Source of the DNA: Squalus acanthias
Lineage: Eukaryota
NCBI GenBank assembly: GCA_030390025.1
Contig: CM059435.1
Location: 51,584,001 to 51,648,000, forward strand
Length of the DNA stretch: 64,000 nt
Direction: 5' to 3'
Shown here: positions 1 to 12,586 of the stretch, piece after piece
Layout: each line of letters starts with the position of its first letter
Numbering within the stretch: position 1 is the stretch's first letter
Made by a program: the position numbers and the translations under genes
Notes under the pieces: generated by a model
What the model saw: the letters and a program-made list of their open reading frames with translations, nothing else
The model's database searches: none
What the model was told of the DNA's origin: nothing

Positions 1-335
1 AACAGTGACTGCACTTCAAAAGTACTTCATTGGTTGTAAAGCGCTTTGGGACATTCTGAGGTCGCGAAAGGCGCTATATAAATGAATGTCGTTATTTCTG
101 ATAGGTAGTCCTCCTACATGCCAGCTTAGTTCTATTGGTAGCAATCTCGCCTCTGGATCAGGTGATTGTGGGTTTGAGAACATGAGCTCATAATCTAGGC
201 TGAGGGAGTGCTGCACTGTCGTAGGTGCTCTACTTCAAATGAGGCTTTAAATTAACATCCCGTTTGATGCTTAGGTGGGCATTAAAGATCCCATGGCACT
301 TTTCAAAAGAACAGGGAGTTCTCCGAGTGTCCTAC
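1..335 (+). mobile_element. Deu-domain tRNA SINE (SacSINE1-like) remnants: a 3' tail followed by a decayed partial copy
   Basis: Tail AAAGCGCTTTGGGAC...AAAGGCGCTATATAAATG at 1-84; core AAAGATCCCATGGCACT...GGGAGTTCTCC..GTGTCCT near 285-333. The same motifs recur at 14.1, 48.8, 53.4 and 54.3 kb. Confidence 0.75.
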
Positions 336-2055
336 ATGGAACAACTTGTGATATGCCAAGTCCTCTCATCTTATGGTCCCTTTAGTCTTTCCTTTCCTTC
401 TATCTATTGGCATCATGAATAGAATCTGAAGATTTACAACTTATCACATCCTCTGAAAGATCCAGAACTGTACCAATTGCATCTGCTGCTTTCTCTTCTC
501 ACGTCAACAACATTTGTGCAACATTTGTGGCATCTCCTCAACTAACCCTTGTATGGATTTCCATTTGTGGACTTCTGTCCTCACATTATTCACTGAGAGC
601 CAAGATTCACCTCTTTGACTTTTAACTTTTTCAATTTCCCCGCTATATTTTTGAGTCAAACATCTGACCTGAAGCTCATATTGGTTCTGTAGAACTACTT
701 CCATACCTTCCTCAGCCTTTCAAAACCCTAGCTTGGCAGCAACTAATCACCACTTCCTCATTTGTCTTATTTTGTCTTTTATTCTTTTCAGTGTCGTTGG
801 TGTCCTTCAAAATAGGCTGTTGTTTTTTTTAAAAACAACAATAATAATAAATCCCCGAGGAATGTTTCCGTTGATGGTCTACTGTTCAGCTTCGTCTTGT
901 TTTTGAAATTCGCTAGTTTTCAGGTTAGGTCCAGCATCCACAAATTACTCTTCCAATGCTCTCCCTCCGATTCTGACCTTCCCCGTTGATATGTTGGGTT
1001 GGCGCCGTGACACATTTTTGAGGCATTTATTTCATTACCATGCCATTGCAACTGGGATCCAGCAAACCCAAACCAACCCAATACAAGCTGGAAATGCACA
1101 AATAGGTGCGGCGACAGAATCTGAGCTACAAATTCTTGTACAAGATCGCTTCTTGTCGCCATGTGTAATAGAGGCCCACTGGTGGGGAGGGGGAGCCTTT
1201 AGCTGGACTTGATTCTTGCAAGTAATTCAGATGGCATCCACAATTTCAAAAGGAGTGGGACCACCGGGGGCATGTAACCATAATACGATCTAAATTGAGA
1301 TCATCCCGCAAATAGCATCAGTCGGGATCAGGACAGAGGAGGAGGATCCTTCTTGACAAACCTTTTTAACATTACAAATTAAGTAAATAGTGGAATTCTC
1401 TATGATGTTGTTTATTTGGACTTCCAGAAGAACTTTGACATGTTGTACTTATCAAAACTAAAACCCATGGGATTCCATGGGACTGGATAAGAAATTCGAT
1501 AGAAGTGGGAAACAGGAATCCATGTGAGAGATGCAGCATCAGACTGGGAAGGGGGAACTGCTGAGTATCTCGGGGGTTGGTGGTTGTACACTCGTTGTTT
1601 CTTATCTACATAAAGGGCCTCGATACAACAAAAATTGTGGGTTTGTTCATTTTGCATACAACACAAACTCAAGAAGTGCAGTAGAGATGGAGGAAGCAGT
1701 TAACTGTTTTTACAAAAAGGACTTGGATCACTTATGCAAACAGCAAATTTAATTTAATACTGAGAAATGCAAAGTGAGAAAAATGAAGGGAATAGAGTTA
1801 GCACAACAAGACTTTGAAAGGAACCTGGGAATAAAATAGACTCCTCATTCGCACTCCTGGGGCAATGTGCAGAAGCAATTAACAAAGAAAATAGAATATT
1901 ACTATATATAGTCAGAATAACTTGGAGCACTACCTGCCGACTTAGTTGCCACACTTCAAAAGGAACATAGATACATTGGAGATGTTACAGAAAGGGCAAC
2001 AAGAATAATACTGAGTGTAAAGGGAGTAAGTACAAGGAAAGATTTGAGAAACAAG

Positions 2056-3829
2056 GGCCGCGATTTCGCTACCCGAGGCAGGTCCGGGGTGGCCGGGGTC
2101 GGTGTCGCGGTCCCAGCCCGCTGCCTACTGCAGCCCGCACTCACCAAGCGATTTTTCGTTGATTGGGCTTGTTAAGCCCGCCCTGCGAGGTTCCCGGCCA
2201 ATTAACAGGAAGCGGGTCTGATGTCATTTGATGATGCGTCATCAGCTGGTTTCCTTAAAGGGGCCATGTCCAAATTGATCTTGACAGTTGTGCTGTCAGT
2301 GTTCTACAGCATTGAGGTGCTGCAAACACTGACAGGCACTGCACAAAGGTGCACGGCTGCACCCAGGCTCTCCCATGACTCCCTCCATATGCTTATGGAT
2401 GGAGTCACAGCACACAGCGAGGTCCTCTTCCCTTTCCATGGGCGGAAGAGACCTCCCCAGGAGATCAACGCAGCCTGGTTGCACATTACACAGGAGGGCA
2501 GAAGCAGGGATGTCATCAGGAGGACCAGGCTGCAGTGGCACAAGCCTTTCAATGATCTAAGCAGATCACGAAACGTTACTGCCAAGCCACACTCAACCTC
2601 ATCCTGCTGTGCACACTCATCACATCCCCATCACTCTGCCTTCCCTACCCTACTCCTACATATCTTTACTCACACCAACTTACCTTGCACCTCCACCCAA
2701 CCTTCTCTATCTACATTATCACTTCCCCATCTCACTAGCCAACCCCCACATTCACCCTCAACCTACAGCAAGCATACGAACTAACAACACACAAGGGTAG
2801 GCACCTGGGTGGTTTAGCCAATGTTCATGTGAAGTATCTGTTAATGTGTTGTCAAACATTGAAATCTATATTTGAAAGACTTTACCTTATTGGACAGATC
2901 TGTGCTCACCTTTGGAAGTGTTTCAGTGAGTTCCAGTGAATGTTGAGACATAACTTCCCCCACCCCCCACCCCCCACCAATTGTTATGAGTGTGAAAGGA
3001 ATGGCTTGGATATTGTAGGGATACTTTATGGTGCTGGTGTGGGGGAGGGGGGGGGTCAACCTGGCACATCATGTGACAGCCAGGGTGTACAGTGTCAAGT
3101 GAAGTAAATCTGGCCATGGTGACGCCATCGCTGGCCTCCCGGGCAGCAATGTTGTCGGGTGCTGATGCCCTGTGTCCTCTGCAGCATCAGGTGATTGCGG
3201 AGAAGGTTGGTATTGTTGTTGATGATGTTGGTGTTGGGGCTGATCGTGGAGGGATTTAGAGGACCATGATGAGATTTTTTCAAGGGAACCGATGTTGCTG
3301 GAATAGATGGCAGCGGAAGTTGAGATGACAGAAGTGATCTGTCAATGATGAGAGAGCTTTCTCCAAGGAGGTGACAGTGGATAGAGAGTTTATTCCAAAC
3401 TGCATAAAGCTCAAAAGTGTCTTCCAAGTCCTGAAGGCTCAAGCTTCTGACATTGGAAAGTGACCAGCTGTGAAATGGTAGCTTTCATACCACATTTGCA
3501 GCTGTCACCTATTCACAGCAAGGGAGACAGAGAACCCGACCTACTTACTTGACGTGATCTCTGAACGATGTGAACCCCGTTAAAAAAGTGGGAAAATAGA
3601 AATAGGCTGGCAAAATAGTAGTTAACAAGCATTTAACAAGTATTTAACTATCTTAAATGCCTCCCCCGCCACTTGGTGTTGGGTCTGTTCTGAAATCGCA
3701 GACCCGACACTTTGGAAACTTACATGAAGGTGGGTTTGGAGCAGGTTCCCAACCCGCTGTCAATCATTTCGATTTCGACAGCGTACTCGCCTCCGAACCC
3801 GCACTCTGAGCGCCGGAAAAATCATGACC
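2056..3829 (+). mobile_element. PIF/Harbinger DNA transposon, internally deleted, retaining a Myb/SANT-like coding fragment
   Basis: Imperfect TIRs GGCCGCGATTT / AAATCATGACC, 3-bp flanks AAG/AAA, GC-rich subterminal regions, Myb-like peptide inside. Confidence 0.75.
2347..2559 (+). pseudogene. Harbinger Myb/SANT-like DNA-binding protein fragment (NAIF1/MSANTD-like)
   Basis: Within ORF 2221-2784: APRLS..SL..L..GV....EVLFP..GRK.......AAW..I........RT..Q..K.FNDL fits the Myb/SANT-like trihelix pattern of Harbinger accessory proteins. Confidence 0.75.
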
Positions 3830-5930
3830 AAAGGCTCTACAATCTGGACAAAAGGGTGGGACTTCATTGATGTATTTAAAATATTAAGTGGGACTGACCA
3901 AAAATATGACTTTAAGGTACATTTGGCTAGTAGGACAAGAAGTGATTGGCTTCAATTAGTGAAAAGTAAATTTAGATATATATTATTCCTTAAAGATTGA
4001 TAACGGTTTGGAATAACCTACCAATAAGGTGGTGGAGTTAAAGATACTAGGAGAGTTCAGAATACAGTTGAACAGCAAGGCTGGATGAGTTTAAATACTA
4101 GAAGGACTAGCTTAATGGGCTGAATGGCCTTTTTCTAGGTAATAACTTGTTCATGTGAACCCCAAACAATCACAGAAATAATACCTGGGCTTTTTTTTTT
4201 TCGCTCCTGAAGAAATCTCCTGCCAGCTAATTTTCATTTCACCTCCTTTTATGTCGCATTTCCACACCACAGAAAGTAATTTTGAGCAGAGATTTTTTCC
4301 CAATAAATCAATGCCCTTGCTCTAGATTTGTCTCTCCATCATGTCGCACACCAAGTACAACAGGAGAGGAGTATAGAAATGTATGGCAAGATTATAGGTA
4401 TTAAACAGTCTCTTTCATGGCGCATTACCATTTGCAGAGTGATGTTTTAGTGTCTGTTGGACCTCTTTCACCCCCTCTTGCCTGGTAAAAGTTGTCTTCA
4501 CACAATCTTGGTGTCTTTTCTGCAATTGTGCTCAAGCATCAGAAGATGATAACCTGTTTGTTCGACTACTCTTTTTTATTGCTGTTTCAGTTCTTTGATT
4601 CCTCTGCATTTTTTACCCACAAAAATCCCCTCTGCGAAACACTGAAGTGGGACTGTTTGCAGTGAAGGGATTTTGAGCATGTGTCACGGCCAGTGCTCAG
4701 AATAAAAGGGGAAAAAATATACGGGAACAGAGCGGAGAGATTTGCTCCCGACACAAATGCAGGATTTATGCCATAGGGACAGCTGTTGTTTCTCCTTCAT
4801 GATTTTCTTTCGAAGAACGGTTGTGATGTGCATGGGGGGGAGGAGAGAAGACATTGACAATTTCATTCAAGTGCAAATGGCAGCTGCAGAAATGAACAGA
4901 AATGAAAGAATTGCTTGGCTTACTGAAAGTAGTATGCTAATCTACCCTCCCTCCCTCTCTCCCCCCCCTCCATCTGTCACGTAGGACAAGCTGTTGGCAG
5001 CGGTCCTGCTATTTGTCCAGACAAACACAAAATGTATTTTCTCAAAACATAATGAATACTTCTCGCTTTGTCTGCCAGGAAACCATGACATTGATATATG
5101 CCAGCACAGATGGAATCTATTTTTATTAATAAAGATTGGTTTCCAGCAAGAAAAAACAAATACTACATTCCAAAAAGAATGCCATTTGTCATTCCTTATG
5201 CTTGGCTTGTAACGGCAGTGGGGATTGTTAACTGTGTTTTCCTTCCCTATAAATGAAGCACAAGAGTGTGCCCGTGAATGTTTACCAAATGCCAGCATAT
5301 ATCTGCCACACAAGTCGTAATCTTCAGCAAGGCGGTGGTGGTGACATCACTGTCATCAATCCTTCACTCCGAGTACCACTGGGCATTAGACACCATCGGA
5401 TTTCTATGATTTTATTTGACAAGCCAGTCAGCAACATGCAAACGGAAAGGGCAGACTCAAAGTGCTGACAAGGACCATTCTATTCAACAGATTCACTAGC
5501 TTCTACACCTTTTGTGTACAGAACCCCACTGAGAACGAGTGTCAGCACAAAAAAAATGCATATAAATACCTCATACTGTATATTGTTATTAAAGACAACA
5601 GGATACCCTGGAGTGATCACAGCAGCAATCTAATGAAGGGTTTTGAATGACAGTTATAAAACTGTTTCTGCATTACAGTTTATGATTCCACCTTAACTTC
5701 ATTATCATGAAGGTATGGTAATACAGAGGGGGGAATAAGATTTTGAGCCATCGCAAGAAGTCCCAGAGGAGTTCAGTCATGCGGTGGTTCTTGACAGTTG
5801 TTTTGTTTCCCTGTTTTCTCTCTCTCATCACCTGAAAGTGGTGACTCCAGCTAGATACGGTTGCACAGGCACCGTCAGCCCTCCGGTACCTCCCCCAACT
5901 GGCCATTCTGTGTGTGTGAGCCTAGATACT

Positions 5931-6694
5931 GGCCCAGAAATTCGACCGAATACGGGAGAGTACGCACTGTGTACTCACCCATATTCGGTCCCGAAGTGCC
6001 AGTTTCCTGCATGCACTGCGCATGCGCGGGAAACCGGCACTTCCGATATTGCGAAGGGGGCGGTTCCTAAGTGAACCGCGTGCGAACTACAGGCTGCGCG
6101 CACGCAGCACACTTAGTTTTTTTTTCAGGTTTGAACGCGAAGGTAAGTGTTGAAGATTTTACACATGAAGAAAGGAGGCGTAAGACCCCCTTTTAACAAG
6201 GTAAGTAGTTAATTAAGTATTATTTTAAATTTTTTTCAACAGGTTTATCTTTTTTAGAGACTTTAAAGAAAGGTAAGTTTATTTTTATAACTTTTCAAAA
6301 GAATTTAAATGTTTTCAAAAATTTAAATTTTTGTTTAAAGTGGTTAATTTATTTAACTATAGTTATTTTATTAATGTGATGGTTTTTTTAAAATTTAATT
6401 GAGGTTTAGCTGTTCTTTTGGGGGCAAGTTGTATTCATAGCTTTGACAGCTCTTCCTGTCAAAACTATGAATGAAAGATGGTGTGCTGCCATTGGCTCTA
6501 ACTGGCCCACGTGATCCCAGAGGTCGCATCGAACTAACTGTGCCTCTGGGACACGCACACACTGCGCGCCGGCACCAGGGAGAGGCCCAGGAACTGAAGT
6601 TCGTGTGGGCCAAAACCATAAAGGCAGGCGCGGAGTGCGATATCGCGGGGGATCCTTACCCCCGCGGCAACCATCGAAGTCCAATTTCTGGGCC
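5931..6694 (+). mobile_element. Harbinger-type MITE, family A, copy 1
   Basis: TIRs GGCCCAGAAATT / AATTTCTGGGCC; 3-bp TSD ACT (5928-5930, 6695-6697); homologous end to end with 21608-22360. Confidence 0.9.
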
Positions 6695-6862
6695 ACTGAG
6701 TGTGGGCGGGCTACTCAACTGTGGCCAAGCCTCATCCAGTCCTCTCCGACATTCACACAGGCGTTGCAAAAAGGGACCACTGGATCACGTCCAGGAAGTG
6801 AGAATCCTGGGCAGTTTTTTCTTTCCTTCCTCAAAGGCCACTGGGTTCACCTGCTGATACCC

Positions 6863-6939
6863 AATTCAGACTGGCTAATTCAGACTGGCTAATTCAGACT
6901 GGCTAATTCAGACTGGCTAATTCAGACTGGCTAATTCAG
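6863..6939. repeat. Perfect 14-bp minisatellite (AATTCAGACTGGCT) x5.5
   Basis: Read directly from the sequence. Confidence 0.95.
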
Positions 6940-7724
6940 CGGAGACCAGGAATCAAACCTGAGACCTGTGGGCCTCCACGGCTCAGTTCTCCACACCTGG
7001 TGGTTAACTTAAATCACTGAGACAAACAGGAAGCATCCATTTCAAATCCGTTCACAGAGCCATTTGCCACCTTGTAGCAACCATCAACCAAGAGTAATTG
7101 ATTATTCAATTTAACAAGTGCAGGAGGAGAAAATTGCAGCCTAGATGGCAGTATGTCATTTTGATATAAAAACATATGTAATAGCCTAATTCAATCAAAT
7201 TTACATTAATTTTTGGTACAATTTGTTACGAGCAATTCTATTTTCCTAAGTTTCTCATGTTCTTCCATTAGAAGTGAAAATAGAATAGGTAGATTTCCAC
7301 ATATTAATAACAAAACTTCCAAAAACATTTGAAGAATATTGTACAAAGGTCTTATCAAATGATGGAAAGACAATCGATCAGCTACATTGGATAGTGATCT
7401 TTGACCTGGGAACTAAGGGCATGCAAGACTATATAGTGAAATATCTAGTACTGGAGGCGTAGAACCAGTGTCGCCTGATGTTAATGTTGTAAGTGGGCAA
7501 GTTGGAATATTACAATAGGTTTTTCACATCGGGACACAGAGACTGAGGGGATGATGGACGCAAGAGTGTCACCCTATGTCCCAAACCTCTGGAAAAATAG
7601 TCAATCCCTTCAGTATTTCCTCATGACTGAAAAATCTGACCATCAGGACATGAGAGTGATACTATAATTAGTAACTTCATTGTTAGTCATAGGATTCTGT
7701 GCTAAAGGATAAAAACAAAATCTG

Positions 7725-8902
7725 CCCTTGAGCGTGTTGTTGCCTTCCAGCCCTGTGTCACGTCTCCGACACCCGATTGAATCCCATCAATCAGGTTTCT
7801 GCCCCTCCCACAGCACTGAAGCAGCTCTGACCAAAGTTGCATCGTATTTCCAGCAGCTTTCAACACGGTCGACCACACCATCCCCCTTCAATACCTCTCC
7901 TCCATTGTGAAGCTCAGTGTGACTTCCCTCACTTGGTTCCAATCTTACCTATCTGACCCTAGCCAAAGCATCTCTAGCATCTCTAGCTTCTCTTTCCATC
8001 CCTGCACTGTCACCTCTAGAGTCACACAAAAATCCATCCTTACCCCCCTCCTCTTCCTCATCTAATTGCTGCTCCTTGGCGTTATCATCCACGACATGGG
8101 GACAATTTTCTCATGTGATTCAATGACAGCCAACTCTATCTCAACACCCCATCTCTTGACATCTCCACTGTATTGCAAGACTGCTCGTCTGACATTGAGT
8201 CTTGGTTAATTCATAACTTCCTCCAGCTAAACACTGAAGACCAAAGCCATCGTCTTCAGCTCCCATCACAAACTCCGTACCCTTGTCATCAACTCCATCC
8301 CCCTCCCTGGTCACTGTCTCATCGGAACAAGACCAACCCTATATCCCCATCATCACAATGACCACCTACTTTCACCCCCGTAACTGGCCCACTCCTGTCC
8401 CTACCTCAGTCCATTACCACTGGAATCATCATCCATGCCTTTGTCACCTCCAGACACGATTACACCAATGCTCTCTTGGTTGCTCTCCCATCCTCTATAA
8501 ACTCCAACTTGTCAAAAACCCAGCTGCTCATAACTTATGCCGCACCAAGTCCCACTCGCCCATCACCCTTGATCTCGCTGATCTACATTGGCTCCCAGTC
8601 CCCCAGCATGCCAAATTTTAAATTTTCATCATGATTTTCAAATCCCTCCATGGCCTCACTTCTCCACATCTCTGAAACCTCCTCTGGAACTACATCATCC
8701 ACCCCAGAACTGTCTGCTCCCCTGACTCTGGCTCGATTTCCCTCCATAAACCCCTCCACCTCCTTTAAGACCCACCTTAAAGCCATGTCTGGCCACCCTT
8801 TTGGTCATCTCTCCTTGTTTGTTCCCTCACACCTCTGTGAAGCGGCTTAGGACATGTTCTACATTATAGTGCTATAGAACTGCAAATTATTGTCATTGTT
8901 GT
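7725..8902 (+). mobile_element. L2-clade LINE 3' fragment
   Basis: Decayed QSGFCPSHSTEAALTKV, WLIHNFLQLN and LADLHWLPV motifs; L2-type tail near 8835-8900. Confidence 0.8.
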
Positions 8903-8989
8903 GTGTACCCCCCCATCCAGTTCCCCACAGTAACTTGACAGCGTTCATCTTACCCAGGCCTTTCATCAATATCAAGAACGTATCTACTC

Positions 8990-9240
8990 CTATAGATTTA
9001 AGATAATTGGCAAAAGAACCAGAGGCCACATGAGGGAAAAAGAATTATGCAGTAAGTGATATGGAATGCACTGCCTGAAAGGGTACTCGAAGCAGATTCA
9101 ATAACTTTCAAAAGGGAATTGGATAAATACTTGAAGTGCAAACATTTATAGAGCTATGGAAAAAGAGCAGGGGAGTGGGACTAATTGGATAGCTCCTTCA
9201 AAAAGCTAGCACAGGTACAATGGCCCGAATGGCATCCTTA
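8990..9240 (+). mobile_element. CR1 LINE 3' terminal fragment
   Basis: TGGAATGCACTGCCTGAAAGGG...AAAAGGGAATTGGATAAATACTTGAA...GGCCCGAATGGC, shared with the 16.9, 36.0 and 37.2 kb copies. Confidence 0.85.
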
Positions 9241-10170
9241 CTACAGAGTGCCTGCCGATTTGTGCCATACACACACTGTACAATGGGCTTACTTAACATT
9301 TTTCCACAAAACAAGCAACACCGTATTGCTAAATATTTGCCACAGATTCTTTTTGCATCTATAACTATCCATATTTGTTGTTATAGTCACCGTTTTTGGG
9401 GTACTGTTCATGTAGACAAAAATCAATGCATTCGGTACTGCTCTCGCACTTCCATATCCTGTGCTGCTGTTGCAAGGGTTGAAATGCCACTAAGCACTGT
9501 CGGTGGGTGTTCCCGCTAGATCAAGAACTCTCGCCTACAGTGTCCTGCATTATCTAATCACTTTCAGCAGTAACAATAGTCGTAGAGGGCCTAGAGAAGC
9601 ATTTTTGGAAGAGGAAGCCAACAGAGGCACCAAGGGAGGGCAGGGGGAAAGAGACTGCCAACGTGAACTCGGGAGGGGAGCTGGAGGGAAATAACAGTGC
9701 CAGCTTGAGTGTGGAGCAGAGCAAGAGTGCAAAGTTCAACTGAAGGAGGAGATTAAGAGTTTCAGAATGAACTGGGAAGGGTAGGGTGGGTGCGGTTGGT
9801 AGAAAGAGAATGTCTCTATGAACTGGGTCCAGAGGAGGTGGTTTGGGAGAGAGGGTACTTCTTTGAAAGGGGGGAGGGGGAAAGAGAATGGCTGTTGAGG
9901 TAGCTTTTGGAGAAAATAGGCCCACTTGGACTGTTGAAAACTCACATCTCGCTTTACTTTTCCTTTTGTTAATATAGATTAAAAAACCTATAAATTGTGA
10001 AGTGTAAAAGTATTTCCAGTTAACCACAAAGCACAATTGTAATGCGCCAGTTAGCACAGAGGAGGGAGGGGAATTATTTAGGACTGTTACACCTCAGTTT
10101 TCTGCCTACAGCTCTGATCCTGTGACCAACAGGACAGGTTCAAATCCTCCAACTTGTAAAAAAAAACCTT

Positions 10171-10511
10171 GGGGGCTAAATTCGGTTGATTTGCGCCTCC
10201 CGTTAGCGCCCTTAGAGGGCGCTAACAGGGCGCAAATCAACTAGCGCCTGGGCGCGGCGCCACTAACGCCTCCCGCGAAATTCAGCGGGAGGTTAGCAGC
10301 AGCGCTAACCGTTGGCGCCGTGTGGCACTGCGCCCCGGCTGTAATATTGGGTGGCGCCCACCGACTTACCGCTGGACGTTATGTACGCCGACGTCAGGGG
10401 GGCCTACCTGCGGCCGGGGCGGCGCTAGTTAAATGGGAGGTGGCGGGCGGCCATTTTTGTTGCTGGCCGCCTACCAGCACCTGCCCCCATTTCTACCCAA
10501 TTTTTACCCCC
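10171..10511 (-). mobile_element. Harbinger-type MITE fragment, family B (reverse orientation relative to 19760-20656)
   Basis: Left end is the reverse complement of the right end of 19760-20656; GCGCC-rich subterminal repeats; the flanking 3-mers do not match. Confidence 0.7.
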
Positions 10512-11206
10512 AAATACTTAAAATCTTTTTTTTCCCAATAATAGATTATTTGCTGCCCCTTTGATAAAGAGGTTTAAAAGTAAAGGAAAATAATTAATTG
10601 CCAAATGGCAAATAGAGCATACTTTCCAACAAAATGGAGGAAATAACCTTTCCTTTTTAGATGAAAAATGTGCAAAGTCTATCCTCATTGCAGATTCTAA
10701 AATACAACAAATAAAAGGTCGAAAATAAACCTTGTGCCTTCAATAATTTCATTCCCTTCAGGCTTATTACCCCCTATTGTAACAAGAATGAACGATGAAT
10801 ATACCTGTAACTCTAGTTATAAGCCCAAGTCCTACTGCTCTCTCAGTATAATGACTTGTTTCACATGTTGTAAAACATATTCAGGGCCATTTTGAGTCAT
10901 CAGCTTTTTTTAGGCTATGTTAGCATTTACTAGTTCTCTAGATTGGTATGCACAGTTCTGAATTCCAATCCTCCTCTCACATACAGGCAGCTTACTGTGG
11001 GAGTATAATACAGGGCGATTCCACTCAGTGTGAGGTTTCAATCTTACTACAAGATGGGCTAATGTGATCCTCAATCTGTCTGCTCTTAATTAAAGCTGAG
11101 TAGATCAAATGCCAACTGCATTCTGGTGGGGTCCACCAAGCTAAGAGAGGATCAACGAGGGAGCCTATCGAGATCCACATCCTGTCACACAAACATCTTC
11201 TATTCA

Positions 11207-12586
11207 AAAAGCAGGACAAATCCAACCCGGCCAATTACCGTCCCATCAGTCTACTCTCAGTCATCAGCAAAGTGATGGAAGGTGTCGTCGACAGTGCTTT
11301 CAAACACCAGTTACTCACCAGTAATCTGCTCACCAATGCTCAGTTTGGGTTCCGCCAGGACCACTCGGCTCCAGACCTCATTACAGCCTTGGTCCAAACA
11401 TGGACAAAGGAGCTGAATTCCAGAGGTGAGAGTGACTGCCTTTGACATCAAGGCAGCATTGGACCTAGTGTGGCATAAAGGAGCCCACGTTAAACTGAAG
11501 TCAATGGGAATCAGGGGGAAAACTCTCCACTGGCTGGAGTCATACCTAGCACAAAGGAAGATGGTTGTGGGGGTTGGAGGTCAATCATCTCAGCCCCAGG
11601 ACATTGCTGGAGGAGTTCCTCAGGGCAGTGTCCTAGGCCCAACCATCTTCAGCTGCTTCATCATAAGGTCAGAAGTGGGGATGTTCGCTGATGATTGCAG
11701 TGTTCCATTCCATTTGCAACTCCTCAGATAATGAAGCAGTCCATGCCCGGATGCAGCAAGACCTGGACGAAATTCAGGCTTGGGCTGATAAGTGGCAAGT
11801 AAAATTCACGCCACACAAGTGCCAGGCAATGACTATCTCCAACAGGCGAGAGTCTAACCACCGTCCCTTGACATTCAATGGCATTACCATTGCCGAATGC
11901 CCCACCATCAACATCCTGGGGGTTCACCATTGACCAGAAAATTAACTAGACCAGCCACATAAATACTGTGGCAATGAGAGCGGGTCAGAGGCTGGATATT
12001 CTGTGGCGAGTGTCTCACCTCCTGACTCCCCAAAACCTTTCCACCATCTACAAGGAACAAGTCAGGAGTGTGATGAAATACTCTCCACTTGCCTGGATGA
12101 GTGCAGCTCCAACAACACTCAAGAAGCTCGACACCATCCAGGACAAAGCAGCCCGCTTGATTGGTACCCCATCCCCCACCTTAAACATTCACTCCCCCAC
12201 CACCGGCATACTGTGGCTGCAGTGTGTACCATCTACAAGATGCACTGCCGCAACTCGCTAAGGCATCTTAGGCAGCAGCTCCAAAAACCCACGACCTTTG
12301 CCACCTAGATGGACAAGGGCAGCAGGCGCATGGAAACATCACCACCTCCAAGTTCCCCTCCAAGTCACATACCATCCTGACTTGGAAATATATCGCCGAT
12401 CCTTCATCGTCGCTGGGTCAAAATCCTGGAACTCCCTCCCTAACAGCACTGTGGGAGCACCTTCACCACATGGACTGCAGTGGCTCAAGAAGGCGGCTCA
12501 CCACCACCTTCTCAACGGCAATTTGGGATGAGCAATAAATGCTGACCTTGCCAGCAATGCCCACATCTCAGGAACAAATAAAAAAA
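11207..12586 (+). mobile_element. 5'-truncated APE-RT LINE (same family as 37795-40684; CR1-group, possibly Zenon-like)
   Basis: RT motifs [22 protein letters not shown]; 3' AATAAA then an A tail; TSD ATCTTC(T/A)ATTCA at 11195-11206 and 12587-12598. Confidence 0.9.

Larger units (their letters stand above)
1385..4135 (+). mobile_element. Old, heavily decayed CR1 LINE 3' half, split by a Harbinger element (2056-3829)
   Basis: Decayed RT motif VYLDFQK near 1410. The two flanks of the insert rejoin as GAG AAA CAA GGG CTC TAC (EKQGLY, cf. CR1 EKLGLY). CR1 tail ATGGGCTGAATGGCCT near 4115-4130. Confidence 0.65.
5810..7025 (-). mobile_element. LF-SINE-like element, split by a MITE (5931-6694) and carrying a minisatellite expansion
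   Basis: Minus strand reads a tRNA-like head (GGTTTGATTCCTGGTCTCCGCTGAATTAGC) then TCTAGGCTCACAC..AGAATGGCCAGTTGGGGGAGGTACCGGAGGGCTG, closely resembling the LF-SINE consensus as I recall it. Confidence 0.75.

Noticed and set aside
6863-6939. Regular short repeats resembling a CRISPR array
   Set aside because: Head-to-tail 14-mers with no spacers, in eukaryotic DNA: a minisatellite.
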